64,000 nucleotides of DNA, taken from the NCBI GenBank assembly GCA_963747235.1, contig CAVVEU010000040.1:448001-512000 (forward strand), given 5' to 3'. The position numbers and the translations under genes were made by a program. Of this stretch, positions 29,098 through 39,129 are shown piece by piece (within the stretch, counting starts at the first letter, position 1; each line of letters begins with the position of its first letter). Source of the DNA: an uncultured Candidatus Rokubacteria bacterium. Lineage in GTDB: Bacteria; Methylomirabilota; Methylomirabilia; Rokubacteriales; CSP1-6. The notes beneath the pieces were generated by a model. It ran no database searches. It was not told the origin of the DNA and saw only the letters and a list, made by a program, of their open reading frames with translations.

Positions 29098-29850
29098 TCA
29101 GAGGCGGGCGGCCGCGACCGCGCCGGCGGCGCCCGACTGGGTACCGAGGTACACCTCGATCACCCGGGGATCCGCCGCGACCTTCGCCGGAGTTCCCTCC
29201 GCGATCTTCTCGCCGTGATCGAGCACCATCACGCGGTCCACCACGCGCATCAGGACTCCCATGATGTGCTCGACCCAGATGATGGTGATCCCGAGGTCCT
29301 TGCAGATCCGGTGCAGCATCAGCGCGGCCTGATCCATCTCCTGCTCGTCGAGTCCGCTCAGGCTTTCATCGGCGAGCAGGAGCTTGGGCTCGGTGGCCAG
29401 CGCCTTCGCCAGCTCGAGCTTCTTGAGCGCGGCCGCGCCGAGCCCGTCCACCGTCGCCGCCGGGTCGGCGGGCAGGCCCACCAGCCCGAGGGCGCGCTCG
29501 GCGGACTCGAAGGCCCGGCGCCGGGAAGTCCGGCCCTGGCCGAAGAAGCCGGCGAGCACCACGTTCTCGAGCAGGGAGAGGCGACGGAACGGCCGCGGAA
29601 TCTGGAAGGTCCGGCCGATGCCGAGGTTGATGATCCGGTGCGGCGGCTGCCCGGCGATCTCGCGCCCTTCGAAGCGGATCGACCCCGCGTTGGGCACGAG
29701 CGCGCCGGAGAGCAGGTTGAAGATCGTGCTCTTGCCGGACCCATTGGGCCCGATCAGCCCGAGGATCTCGCCCGGCTCGACCTTGAACGACACCTCGTTC
29801 ACGGCCGTGAAGCCGCCGAAGCGCCGGGTCAGCCCCTCGACGGTCAGCAC
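29098..29850 (-). CDS. livG: Branched-chain amino acid ABC ATPase
   Basis: GPNGSGKST, GRTFQ, VEH, VIEVYLG. Confidence 0.92.
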   Translation of the reverse strand: MLTVEGLTRRFGGFTAVNEVSFKVEPGEILGLIGPNGSGKSTIFNLLSGALVPNAGSIRFEGREIAGQPPHRIINLGIGRTFQIPRPFRRLSLLENVVLAGFFGQGRTSRRRAFESAERALGLVGLPADPAATVDGLGAAALKKLELAKALATEPKLLLADESLSGLDEQEMDQAALMLHRICKDLGITIIWVEHIMGVLMRVVDRVMVLDHGEKIAEGTPAKVAADPRVIEVYLGTQSGAAGAVAAARL

Positions 29851-29892
29851 GGCCCCACGCCAGGACAGATCACGCGATAGGTCCCGGCTCCG

Positions 29893-31221
29893 TCAGTTCG
29901 CCGCGTAGGGCGAGGACGCCGGCAAGGGCAGCACCGGCTCACGGATCTGGAGGCTCTTGGGCCACACCACGTACGGCTTGTCGTCCACGTACTGCACGAT
30001 GACCGGGAAGGCGCGCTCGTTCTGGCCGGCCATGGGCGCGCCGTCGCCCACGAACTTCACGCCGAAGCCCAGCATGGTGCCGCCTTCGGGCAAGTTCACC
30101 TCGAGCGCGGCCTTGCGGAGCGAGTCGGCGTCCACGCCCCCGTACTTCTTGATCGCGCGCGGCAGCACCTCGGTCATGAACACGTAGGTGTTGCTGGCCG
30201 CCATGCCGACGTGGGCCGAGCGGACGCTGGTGCCCGGCCGGGCCTTCTCGTACTCGTCCCCCACCATCTTGATCAGGGGCAGCAGCTCGGGCTTGAGCGC
30301 CTTCTCGTTGGCGAGCCAGATCGAGATCGGATCCACGTTGTAGAAGTAGTTGACGTCCTTGCCGAGCGCTTCCTTCAGCTTGTCGTAGACGCCGTAGCCG
30401 GCGCCGTGCCCCACCAGCGCGTTGAAGCGCAGCCCCAGCTCGCGCGCCTGGCGCAGGAACAGGGAGATGTCCGGATTGTAGCCGGTGTGGAAGATGACGT
30501 CGGGCCGCGCGCGCTTCAGCTTGGTGACGAGCGGGGCCAGGTCGGGCGCGGTCGCCGCGTAGCCCTCCTTCAGCACCACGTTGAAGCCCGCCTTCTTCGC
30601 TCCCTCCTCGTTGCCCTTGGAGACGTCCACCCCGTAGGCGCCGTCCTCGTGGATGATCGCGACCCGCAGGTCCTTCGGCTCCTTGCCGAGCTTGGCCTTC
30701 GCGTTCTGGGCGATGAAGTCGGTGGACATCAGGCCGAACTGCCGCCCGCTCGGCTGGATCCGGAACACGTACTTGAGATTGCGATTCTCGAGGACCGCCG
30801 AGGAGATGCAGGTGGTGATCCACATGAACTTCTGGAGCTGTTCCACCCGGCCGGCCACCGGCACGCACTGGGCCGACGAGTAGAAGCCCAGCAGCATGTC
30901 CACCTTCTCCTGCTCGATCAGGCGCACCGCCTCGTTGATGGCGATCTCGGGCTTGCTCTGGGCGTCCGCGTAGATCGCCTCGATCTTGTAGCCCTCGACC
31001 CCGCCCTTCTTGGCGAAGTGGTCGATCATGATCTTGGCGCCGAGGGCGTGCAGATCGGAGCCGCCTCCCGCGAGCGGGCCGGTGTAGTCGAAGATCACCC
31101 CGATCTTCAGCTTCTTGGCCTGAGCGTGCACGGGAGGGATCGGGGACGCGGCGGCGAGCAACCCCGCCAGCACCAGCCCGGAAACCAGCAGCAGCCATAC
31201 GGTCGATCTGCGCAGGGACAT
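29893..31221 (-). CDS. LIV-type ABC substrate-binding protein
   Basis: Signal peptide; KIGVIFDYTGPLA; ADAQSKP; EDGAYG. Confidence 0.9.
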   Translation of the reverse strand: MSLRRSTVWLLLVSGLVLAGLLAAASPIPPVHAQAKKLKIGVIFDYTGPLAGGGSDLHALGAKIMIDHFAKKGGVEGYKIEAIYADAQSKPEIAINEAVRLIEQEKVDMLLGFYSSAQCVPVAGRVEQLQKFMWITTCISSAVLENRNLKYVFRIQPSGRQFGLMSTDFIAQNAKAKLGKEPKDLRVAIIHEDGAYGVDVSKGNEEGAKKAGFNVVLKEGYAATAPDLAPLVTKLKRARPDVIFHTGYNPDISLFLRQARELGLRFNALVGHGAGYGVYDKLKEALGKDVNYFYNVDPISIWLANEKALKPELLPLIKMVGDEYEKARPGTSVRSAHVGMAASNTYVFMTEVLPRAIKKYGGVDADSLRKAALEVNLPEGGTMLGFGVKFVGDGAPMAGQNERAFPVIVQYVDDKPYVVWPKSLQIREPVLPLPASSPYAAN

Positions 31222-31292
31222 GATGATCCTCCCAAGCGGCGTCGGTCGGGATTCGAGCGTGGGCGGCATTACAAACCGCCGCCCTCGACTTG

Positions 31293-32312
31293 TCAAGGAC
31301 CGGCGAGAACGATCTTGCCGAACTGCCCGGCCTCTTCCATGCGCCGGTGGGCGGCGGACACCTCGGCGAGCGGGTAGACCCGGTCCACGACCGGGCGGAG
31401 GCCGTCGCGCGCGTAGAGCTCCAGCATGTCCGCGAACTCGGCCGGGCTGCCCATGGTGGTGCCCAGCACCGAGATCTGCCGCCAGAAGATCGAGCGCAGC
31501 ACCATCTGGGGCACCGGGCCCGTGGTGGCGCCGTAGGTCGCGATGCGCCCGCCCGGCCGCAGCAGGTCCACCGCGCGCGCGAACGTCTCGCCGCCCACGC
31601 TGTCGATGACCACGTCGGGCCCGCGGCCCCCGGTGAGCGCGAGGATCTCCTTCACCCAGTCCTGGGTGCGGTAGTTGGCCCCGCCCGCCGCGCCGAGCTC
31701 GCGGGCGCGGGCCAGCTTGGCGTCGCTGCCCGACGTCACCAGCACGCGGGCGCCCCGCCGGGCCGCGATCTGGAGCGCGAACGTCGACACCCCGCCGCCG
31801 ATGCCGGTGACGAGCACGGTCTCCCCCGCCCGCACCTGGGCGCGGCTGACCACCGCGCGGTAGGCGGTGAGGCCGGCGAGCGGGAGGGCGGCGGCCTCCT
31901 CGAAGGAGAGCGCGGCGGGCTTGGGGTGCACGTTGCGGGCCGGCACCCGGATCTGCTGCGCGTAGGTGCCGTCGTCGGGCAGGCCCAGGATGCGAAACTC
32001 CGGACCCTGGGCGACACCGTCGTCGCCCCAGTCGAGGCTCGGATTGATGACCACCGCGCGGCCGGCCAGCGCCGGGTCGGCGCCCGCGCCGACGGCGGAG
32101 ACCTCCCCGGCGCCGTCCGAGCCCAGGATGACGCGCTGGCGGAATCCGCCCGCGTACGCGCCGGTGCCGCTGCGAATCCACACGTCACGATGATTGAGGG
32201 CGGCGGCGCGGAGCCGGACCACGACCTCCCCCGGGCCGGGCGTGGGATCGTCCACGTCCTCCAGCCGCAGGTTCTCGGCCGGGCCCGGCTCGCGCAGCAC
32301 CGCCGCCCTCAT
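31293..32312 (-). CDS. MDR-family (quinone oxidoreductase-like) NAD(P)-dependent dehydrogenase
   Basis: AALNHRD, GSDGAGEV, GIGGGV, GKIVL. Confidence 0.9.
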   Translation of the reverse strand: MRAAVLREPGPAENLRLEDVDDPTPGPGEVVVRLRAAALNHRDVWIRSGTGAYAGGFRQRVILGSDGAGEVSAVGAGADPALAGRAVVINPSLDWGDDGVAQGPEFRILGLPDDGTYAQQIRVPARNVHPKPAALSFEEAAALPLAGLTAYRAVVSRAQVRAGETVLVTGIGGGVSTFALQIAARRGARVLVTSGSDAKLARARELGAAGGANYRTQDWVKEILALTGGRGPDVVIDSVGGETFARAVDLLRPGGRIATYGATTGPVPQMVLRSIFWRQISVLGTTMGSPAEFADMLELYARDGLRPVVDRVYPLAEVSAAHRRMEEAGQFGKIVLAGP

Positions 32313-32316
32313 CGCG

Positions 32317-33675
32317 CTACGCCTCGTAGATCTTCTTGAGCTCGATCTCCGCCCAGTGCACGGCGTCCTCCGCCTTCATGCCCTGCGCGGCCTTGGCGTA
32401 CATGTCGGTGATGATGTACTTGGTGAAGACCTCGGTGGACTTGGCGGTCGACGGCCCCGCGTAGCCGAAGAGGCGGCTGCTGCGCGCGGCGGTGCGGAAC
32501 ATCTTGAGCGGCTCGTCCACCCGGCCCCACATCGCGTGGTTCTCCCAGACCTTGGTGGCGCCCACGCTGTAGGCCTCCTGGGTGAGGAACCACTTCTCGT
32601 AGTTCTCCTTCTTGTGCACCCAGCGGATCAGGTCCTTGGCCAGCTTCGGGTTCTTGCTGTGCTTCATGACCGCGTGGCCGTGGTTCAGGAAGAGCAGGTA
32701 GGCCCCCGCCGGGCCGGCCGGGAGCGGAGCGTGGTCGATGTCGGTCCACATCGGCTCGCCCTTGTCGTCCTTGATCTTCTCCTTCTGCCGCTTGGCCACC
32801 AGGTAGATGCTGGCCCCGTTCAGCGTCGCGGAGAGCTCCCCCGCGTGGAAGGCACGGTTGTTGTTGGTGTCGTCCCAGGCGAGCCCGCCCTCGTCGCACG
32901 CGTCCTTCCAGAAGGCCTGCATGAACTTCACCGCCTCGATCGCGCCCTTGCTGTTGAGCACGACCTTCTTGCCGGTCTGATCGGTCTCCGCCCCGCCGAA
33001 GGCCCAGAGCATGGTGTAGGTGAACACCGGCGCGTCGCCGAAGGTGTGGCCGAGGGTCTGGCCGTAGGGCTTGCCCTTCTTCTTGAGCGCGGTGAAGACC
33101 TTGCGGGCCTCGTCCCACGTCTTCGGGTACTGCGTGGCGCCCACTTCCTTGAGCCACGACTTCCGGTACGCCACCGCGTTGCCCACGATCGAGTGCGGCA
33201 CCGCGAGCCACTTGCCGTTGACCTGCATGGACGGCGGGTAGATGTCGTAGAAGCCGCCCTCCGCCTTGGCCAGATCGCCCGCCACGTCGCTCACGTCCAC
33301 CACCGCGTTCTGGTAGAGGTGCGCCCAGTTGTACTGGAACATGAAGATGTCGGCGCCGGAGCCGGACTGGATCGCGGCGGTGATGCGCGGCTGCAGGTCG
33401 TTGGCGTTGATCGTCTCCAGCACCACCTCGGCCCCGAGGGCCTTGGAGGCCTCCGGCATCTGCCGCTTCAGCTCGACGTCGGACTCGGGCACGAAGTCCA
33501 CCCAGCGCACCCAGTGCAGCTTGGTTCCCTGCGCGAAGGCGGGGGCCCGGCGCGCGGCCAGGATGCCCTCGATGCCGCCCGCGACCGCGGCGGCCGCGCC
33601 GGCGGTCTTGAGGAAGGCGCGACGACCGACCGGCGTCGCGCTCACCGAGTCCTTGCTCTCTTCGAGATCAGCCAT
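32317..33675 (-). CDS. Tat-exported family 1 solute-binding protein
   Basis: GRRAFLK signal; PKTWDE, WDDTNNN; AGGAGG RBS. Confidence 0.9.
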   Translation of the reverse strand: MADLEESKDSVSATPVGRRAFLKTAGAAAAVAGGIEGILAARRAPAFAQGTKLHWVRWVDFVPESDVELKRQMPEASKALGAEVVLETINANDLQPRITAAIQSGSGADIFMFQYNWAHLYQNAVVDVSDVAGDLAKAEGGFYDIYPPSMQVNGKWLAVPHSIVGNAVAYRKSWLKEVGATQYPKTWDEARKVFTALKKKGKPYGQTLGHTFGDAPVFTYTMLWAFGGAETDQTGKKVVLNSKGAIEAVKFMQAFWKDACDEGGLAWDDTNNNRAFHAGELSATLNGASIYLVAKRQKEKIKDDKGEPMWTDIDHAPLPAGPAGAYLLFLNHGHAVMKHSKNPKLAKDLIRWVHKKENYEKWFLTQEAYSVGATKVWENHAMWGRVDEPLKMFRTAARSSRLFGYAGPSTAKSTEVFTKYIITDMYAKAAQGMKAEDAVHWAEIELKKIYEA

Positions 33676-33713
33676 GCTGTGTCCTCCTGGACGTGGGATG
33701 TGGGGATTTCGAC

Positions 33714-34611
33714 CTACCGGAGCACGCCGGCGCCCTGGAGCGCCGCCCGGATCGCGGTGGCCTGGGCCGGCGACGTGGCCGGCATGGGCGCGCGCGGCAC
33801 GCCGGCGGGGCGGCCCATGAGGGCCTGACAGTGCTTCACGTTCGCGGGCAGGTTGTCGTGGAAGATCGCGTTCCAGATCGGCAGCAGCTTGCCGTGCAGC
33901 GCCAGCGCCTGCTTGTGATCGCCCGCCTGCACCGCGTCCCAGAGCTGCACGCAGAGACCGGGCACCGCGGTGAGGATCGCCGCGATCGCGCCGTGGGCGC
34001 CCAGGATGAACGAGGGATACAGGAGCGCGTCCACCGCGGTCATGATGCGGGCATCGTCGCCCACCAGCAGCAACAAATCGGCGAGCAGCTTCATGTCGCC
34101 CGCGCTCTGCTTGACCCCGATCACCCCGGGCACCGTCTTGATGATGCGGGCCAGGAGCTGCGGCGAGAGATACGTCCACGGGACGACGTTGTAGATGATG
34201 ATCGGCATGCCGGTGCGGGTGGCCAGGGTGTCGAAGTGGCGAACCATCGCGTCGTCGTCCGGCCGGAACAGGTAGTGCACCGGCGTCACCTGGAGCGCGG
34301 CCACCCCCAGGTCCTTCACCGCCAGCCCCCGCTCCACCGCGGAGGCGGTGCTGTCGGTGATGACGCCGGTGATCACCGGCACGCGGCCCCGCACTTCCTC
34401 GACCACCGCGGCGGTGATGCGGCGCACCTCGTCGGTGGAGAGGACGTGGCCCTCGCCGGTGCTGCCGGTCACCGCGAGGCCGTGCACCCGCGCGGTCTCG
34501 ACCATGAAGCGCGCCTCCGCGCGCAACGCCGCTCTCGTCGATGGTGTCGTCGGGACGAAACGGGGTGGTCATCGGGGGAACGATGCCGAAGATCCGATCA
34601 GGGCTGTTCAT
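33714..34611 (-). CDS. DHDPS/NAL family aldolase (KDG aldolase-like); +1 frameshift near 34528
   Basis: GIVPPMTTPF then GSTGEG, IYNV, GVKQS. Confidence 0.88.
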
Positions 34612-34649
34612 GTGAGCCTTTCTGGATTCCGTCTCCGTCTCTCTAGACC

Positions 34650-34696
34650 GGTGGGGGGCGTCCGGGGAGGAGCGGCGGTCGCTCCCCCCGGATTAG
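34650..34696. repeat. Palindromic repeat family B
   Basis: GGTGGGGGGCGTCCGGGGAGGAGCGGCGGTCGCTCCCCCCGGATTAG; related copy at 56729-56771 in inverted orientation. Confidence 0.7.
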
Positions 34697-34697
34697 A

Positions 34698-36417
34698 CTA
34701 GACCACCAGGCGCTCGTACATGCCCTGCACGTCGGCGGCGTGGAAGCGCGCCACGTGATTGGTCGGGGGCAGCGCCTCCGCGTAGAAGAACTCGGGCAGC
34801 TCGTCGTCCTTGGCGGTGAAGCCGGCCCGCTTGTTGAACTCGTGCTCGAGCTTGAGCGTCTCGCGGCCGAGGGCCTCGAAGAAGTCCTTGGTGAGGCTCG
34901 TGCCGTGGGCCGCGTTGATCGTGTCGGTGAGCCACTCGGTGTTCGGGATTGGTCACGCTCATGCCGAAGATGCAGAGGCCGAGCGAGTCGTTGGCCGCCA
35001 CCCGCGCCTGGTGGGCCACGCTCTGCTCCACGATGGCGGGCGTCTCCATCTCGCGGGTCTTGAGCCGCGGCAGGTTGCCCGCGGTGTGATCGGCGCCCTG
35101 GGCGGTGGCCATCATGGTGATGCCGGTGGCCTCGACCACGCGGGGATCGTAGGCGCTGATCGCCTGCTTCTTGATGACCGGCACGCGCTTGACCTTGTAG
35201 TGCTCGCCCACCCGCCAGGTGCCCTGGGCCCAGATGCGGCCCTTCTCGGAGCCCTGCCGGATCTCGGCCAGGCAGTCGGCCATGAACGCGCACGTCGCCG
35301 AACGCGCCGAGCCCCGCCTCCATCAGCACCGCGATCATGGCCCCGAGTCTCGATGGTGTCCACGCCCAGGTCGTTGGCGATGTAGTTCATCTGGGCGAGA
35401 TCGTCGGGATCGGTGAGCCCGCAGTTGGTGCCGAGCAGCCCGAGGGTCTCGTACTCGACCGGCGAGACCACTTCCTTGCCGTTCGCGTCCGCGTAGATGT
35501 TGCTGCACTGGATCACGCAGCCGGGCATGCAGGCGTGGGTGTGCTCGCCCCCGCGCGAGACGTTGAGCTGGCTGATGTACTCGCCGCCCATCTTGAACTT
35601 CTCGCCCGTGGAGACGTCCACCTGCTGGCCCACGCTGAAGTTGTTGACCGGCAGGCCGCCCAGGGTGTTCTGCAGATCCGCCATGCCCATGGTGCCGACC
35701 TTCGCGTAGAAGTTGGTCACCATGGAGTCGGCCTGCAGCATCTTCGCGTAGTTCTTGATGGCCGCGTTGACCTTCTTCGGATCGGAGAACGGCGGGATCT
35801 TGTCGAGGTCCACCACGACGGCCTTGACCTTCTTCGATCCCATCACCGCGCCCACGCCACCCCGGGCCGAGAGGCGCGCCGGGCGGCCGTCCTTGTCGCT
35901 GAACGCGATGCCCGCGATCAGGCCCTGGTACTCGCCGACCGGGCCGCAGAGCCCGATCGTGACCTTCTTGCCGTACTTGGCGTGCAGCATGTTCTGGGCC
36001 TCGAAGTTGCCCTTGCCGAGATACGGCGCCGCGTCGTCGAACTCGATCGTGCCGTCCTTCTTGAAGTGGATGACCACCCAGTCGGGCGAGGCGTCCAGCA
36101 GGGTGAAGCCGGCGATCTTCTGCTGGCCGAGCCCGTAGCTGAAGCTGCCGCCCCCGTTGGCCTCCTTGATGCCGCCGGTGAGCGGGCTCTTGCAGCCCAC
36201 GCTGGTGCGATTGGCGTTGGAGAAGCTGGTCCCCGCGAAGGGCCCGGCCGAGAAGATCAGCGGATTGGCCGGCGAGAGCGGATCCACCGTCGCGGCGCCC
36301 AGCTCGAGCAGGGTCTTGGCGATGAAGTAGCGGCCGGCCTTCACGATGGCCTCGCCTTCCAGCTCGCGCTTCGTGATCGTTCCGGTCGCTCAGGCGGATG
36401 TCGTAGTAGGTGCGCAT
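34698..36417 (-). CDS. Aldehyde:ferredoxin oxidoreductase family (W/Mo-pterin, AOR/WOR); four +1 frameshifts near 36381, 35348, 35290 and 34946
   Basis: KSPLTGGIKEANGGG, ARGGVGAVMGSKKVKA, CMPGCVIQC, EYET, NDLGVDTIE, DSLGLCIF. Confidence 0.88.
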
Positions 36418-36437
36418 CGCGTGCTCCTCTTGTTCGG

Positions 36438-37286
36438 TCAGGATGATGGAGGCTTGGCCTGCGGCTGCAGCTCGGCGCTCGTCGACTGCTCGCTCGCGCC
36501 CGGCTCGACCAGCTCGATACTCTCCGCGGGCGGCATCTGGGACGGCTCCAGCGGCCGCCGGGCCCGGAAGCGGATCTGGGGCAGCCGGCCCACCGCCTGG
36601 CGGAGGGCCTGCTCCCAGCGCATGCCGATCTTGATGAGGTCGGGGTCGCCGGCGGGAAACCGGCGCAGCCGGGTGATCTCGAGCTCGTCCACCTCGTAGG
36701 CGAGCAGGTCCACCGGCGGGCCCACCGTGACGTTCGAGCGCATCGTCGAGTCGAGCGAGAGCAGCGCGTACTTCGCCGCTTCCTCGAGCGTGGTGCGCTC
36801 GAAGCGGATGCCGCGGTCGAGGATCGGCCGGCCGTACTTGGTCTCGCCGATCTGCAGATACGGCGAGTCCACGCTCGCCTGCAGCGGGTTGCCCTGCGGG
36901 TAGATGATGAAGAGCCCGGGCGACTCGCCCCGCACCTGCCCGCCCAGCACCAGGTTCACGTTGAACTTGAAGTCGTCGCGCTCGAGCGCGTCGCGGTCCA
37001 TGTCGGAGACGCGGCGCACCTGCTCGCCGATGATCCGGGCCGCGTCGTAGAGGGACGGGGCCTGCGCGAGCCCCCGGCCCTGGTCGAAGTCCCGCTGGAT
37101 CAGGGTGATGATGGACTGGGTGCAGGAGAGGCTGCCGCTGCTGAGCAGGATGAACACGCGCTCGCCCGGCTGGACGAAGGTGTGCATCTTGCGCGCGACG
37201 TTGACCTGGTCGTGGCCCGCGTTGGTCCGGGAGTCCGACGCCATCACCAGCCCGTACTTGGTCCAGATCCCGACACAGTAGGTCAT
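36438..37286 (-). CDS. Proteasome-type protease (Anbu)
   Basis: N-terminal MTYCVG (Thr1 nucleophile), SDSRTNAG, IYPQGN, QIGETKYGRPILDR, DSTMRSN. Confidence 0.93.
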   Translation of the reverse strand: MTYCVGIWTKYGLVMASDSRTNAGHDQVNVARKMHTFVQPGERVFILLSSGSLSCTQSIITLIQRDFDQGRGLAQAPSLYDAARIIGEQVRRVSDMDRDALERDDFKFNVNLVLGGQVRGESPGLFIIYPQGNPLQASVDSPYLQIGETKYGRPILDRGIRFERTTLEEAAKYALLSLDSTMRSNVTVGPPVDLLAYEVDELEITRLRRFPAGDPDLIKIGMRWEQALRQAVGRLPQIRFRARRPLEPSQMPPAESIELVEPGASEQSTSAELQPQAKPPSS

Positions 37287-37413
37287 AAACCCCTTGAGTC
37301 TCTCTATATCCGCTCGGCTCGCCGTTGGCTGCACCTCGCCCAACGGGAGTCATGTTACCAGAACCGCGCGCGATCCGATTGACCGGCACACCAGCGAGGA
37401 TTACCGTGGCCTC

Positions 37414-38229
37414 ATGCGGATCCACATCGGGCACGAGCTCGTCTTCGAGGTGCCCCGACCCACGCCGATGCTCCTCATGCTCTATGTCCGACCGGAGGTG
37501 GCGTCGGCGCTTCAACAGCCGGAGGGCATCGTGGCCGACCCGGCCGGAAATGTCGAGAGCTTCGTGGACTGGTTCGGCAACCGAGCCGCTCGGATCGTGG
37601 CGCCCGCCGGCTCGCTCCGCCTCCGCTACGACAACGTCGTGGAAGACTCGGGCCGGCCCGACCCGACCATCGAGGGGCTGCCACTCCGGCCGATGGCGGA
37701 GCTGCCCGCCGAGAGCTGGCGGTATCTGCTCGCGAGCCGGTACTGCGAGGTCGACCGCATGTCGGCGATCGCCTGGGACCTCTTCGGCTCGACACCCGAG
37801 TCCTGGGAGCGCGTGCAGGCGGTGCTGGAGTGGGTGCACAACAACGTGACCTTCGGCTACCAGTACTCCCGGCCCACCAAGACCGCCTTCGACGTCTTCA
37901 CCGAGCGGCAGGGCGTCTGCCGGGACTTCCAGCACCTGGCCATCACCTTCCTGCGCGCGCTGAACATCCCGGCCCGCTACACCACCGGGTACCTGGGCGA
38001 TATCGGCGTGCCGCCGGATCAGAACCCCATGGACTTCTCGGCCTGGCTCGAGGCCTATCTGGGCGACGGCTGGCACACGCTGGATGCCCGGCACAACAAG
38101 CCGCGCATCGGGCGCGTGCTCATGGGCCGCGGCCGGGACGCGGTGGATGTGGCGCTGACCACCTCCTTCGGCAGCACCACCTTGACGAAGTTCACCGTCT
38201 GGACCAGCCAGCTTCCCGAGAGCGCATGA
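37414..38229 (+). CDS. Transglutaminase-like protein
   Basis: SRYCEVD, GVCRDFQH, NIPARY, DFSAW, GRDAVDV; TTGACC-17-TACCGT-6 nt-ATG promoter. Confidence 0.92.
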   Translation: MRIHIGHELVFEVPRPTPMLLMLYVRPEVASALQQPEGIVADPAGNVESFVDWFGNRAARIVAPAGSLRLRYDNVVEDSGRPDPTIEGLPLRPMAELPAESWRYLLASRYCEVDRMSAIAWDLFGSTPESWERVQAVLEWVHNNVTFGYQYSRPTKTAFDVFTERQGVCRDFQHLAITFLRALNIPARYTTGYLGDIGVPPDQNPMDFSAWLEAYLGDGWHTLDARHNKPRIGRVLMGRGRDAVDVALTTSFGSTTLTKFTVWTSQLPESA

Positions 38230-39071
38230 TCGCGACGCCCGAAGGCCATTTCACGATCGACACCGCGGGCCCCGCCACCGGCCCGCTGGTCCTGCTCCTC
38301 CACGGCTACCCGCAGACGCGGCACACGTGGCGCCACCAGCTCCCCGCGCTCGGCGCGGCCGGCTATCGCGCGGTCGCGCCCGACCAGCGCGGCTACTCCC
38401 CCGGCGTGCGGCCGGATCCGGCCAAGGGCCTCGACGCCTACGCGATCGACCGGCTGGTCCAGGACGTCCTCGACCTGGCCGACGCGGCCGCCGCGCCCGG
38501 CGAGCGGTTCCACCTGGTCGGGCACGACTGGGGCGGGCACGTGAGCTGGGTCACCGCGCACCGCCATCCCGCGCGCATCCGCTCGCTGACCGTCCTCTCG
38601 CGCCCGCATCCCGCGGCCTTCCGGCGGGCCTTCAAGGAAAACGCCGACGAGCAGCGGCACCGCTCCCGCCACCACAAGATCTTCCACGACCCGACCACGG
38701 GCCCCCGGCTCCTGGAGGACGGGGCGCGCCGCCTGCGGGCCCGGCTCAGCGAGCAGGGCGTCCCGGAGGCCGCGGTGGCCGAGTACCTCTCGGTGCTGGG
38801 AGAGCCCGCCGCCCTGGAGGCCGCGCTGGCCTGGTACCGGGCCGCGGGGACCCTCACCGCGGTGGACGTGGGCCCCGTCACGGTGCCGACGCTCTACTTC
38901 TGGGGCGACGCGGACGCCACCGTCGGCCCCTCCGCGGCCCGCTTCACCGCCGATTTCGTCACCGGCCCCTTCCGGTTCGAGGTGCTGCCCGGAATCGGCC
39001 ACTTCGTCACCGACCAGGACCCGGAGGCGGTCACCCGCGGGCTCCTCTCCCACCTCGCCCGCCATCGGTGA
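38226..39071 (+). CDS. Alpha/beta hydrolase (epoxide hydrolase-like)
   Basis: LLHGYP, PDQRGY, GHDWGG, WYRA, GHF. Confidence 0.9.
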   Translation: MIATPEGHFTIDTAGPATGPLVLLLHGYPQTRHTWRHQLPALGAAGYRAVAPDQRGYSPGVRPDPAKGLDAYAIDRLVQDVLDLADAAAAPGERFHLVGHDWGGHVSWVTAHRHPARIRSLTVLSRPHPAAFRRAFKENADEQRHRSRHHKIFHDPTTGPRLLEDGARRLRARLSEQGVPEAAVAEYLSVLGEPAALEAALAWYRAAGTLTAVDVGPVTVPTLYFWGDADATVGPSAARFTADFVTGPFRFEVLPGIGHFVTDQDPEAVTRGLLSHLARHR

Positions 39072-39129
39072 TATTCTCTCTGCGGTCGGGCGCCGCACCG
39101 CAGGGGCGCCGACAACGGAGGATTCCATC

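Noticed and set aside
34698-36417. AOR gene as a true pseudogene or programmed frameshift
   Set aside because: Four isolated +1 insertions with no slippery motif, matching the window-wide error pattern
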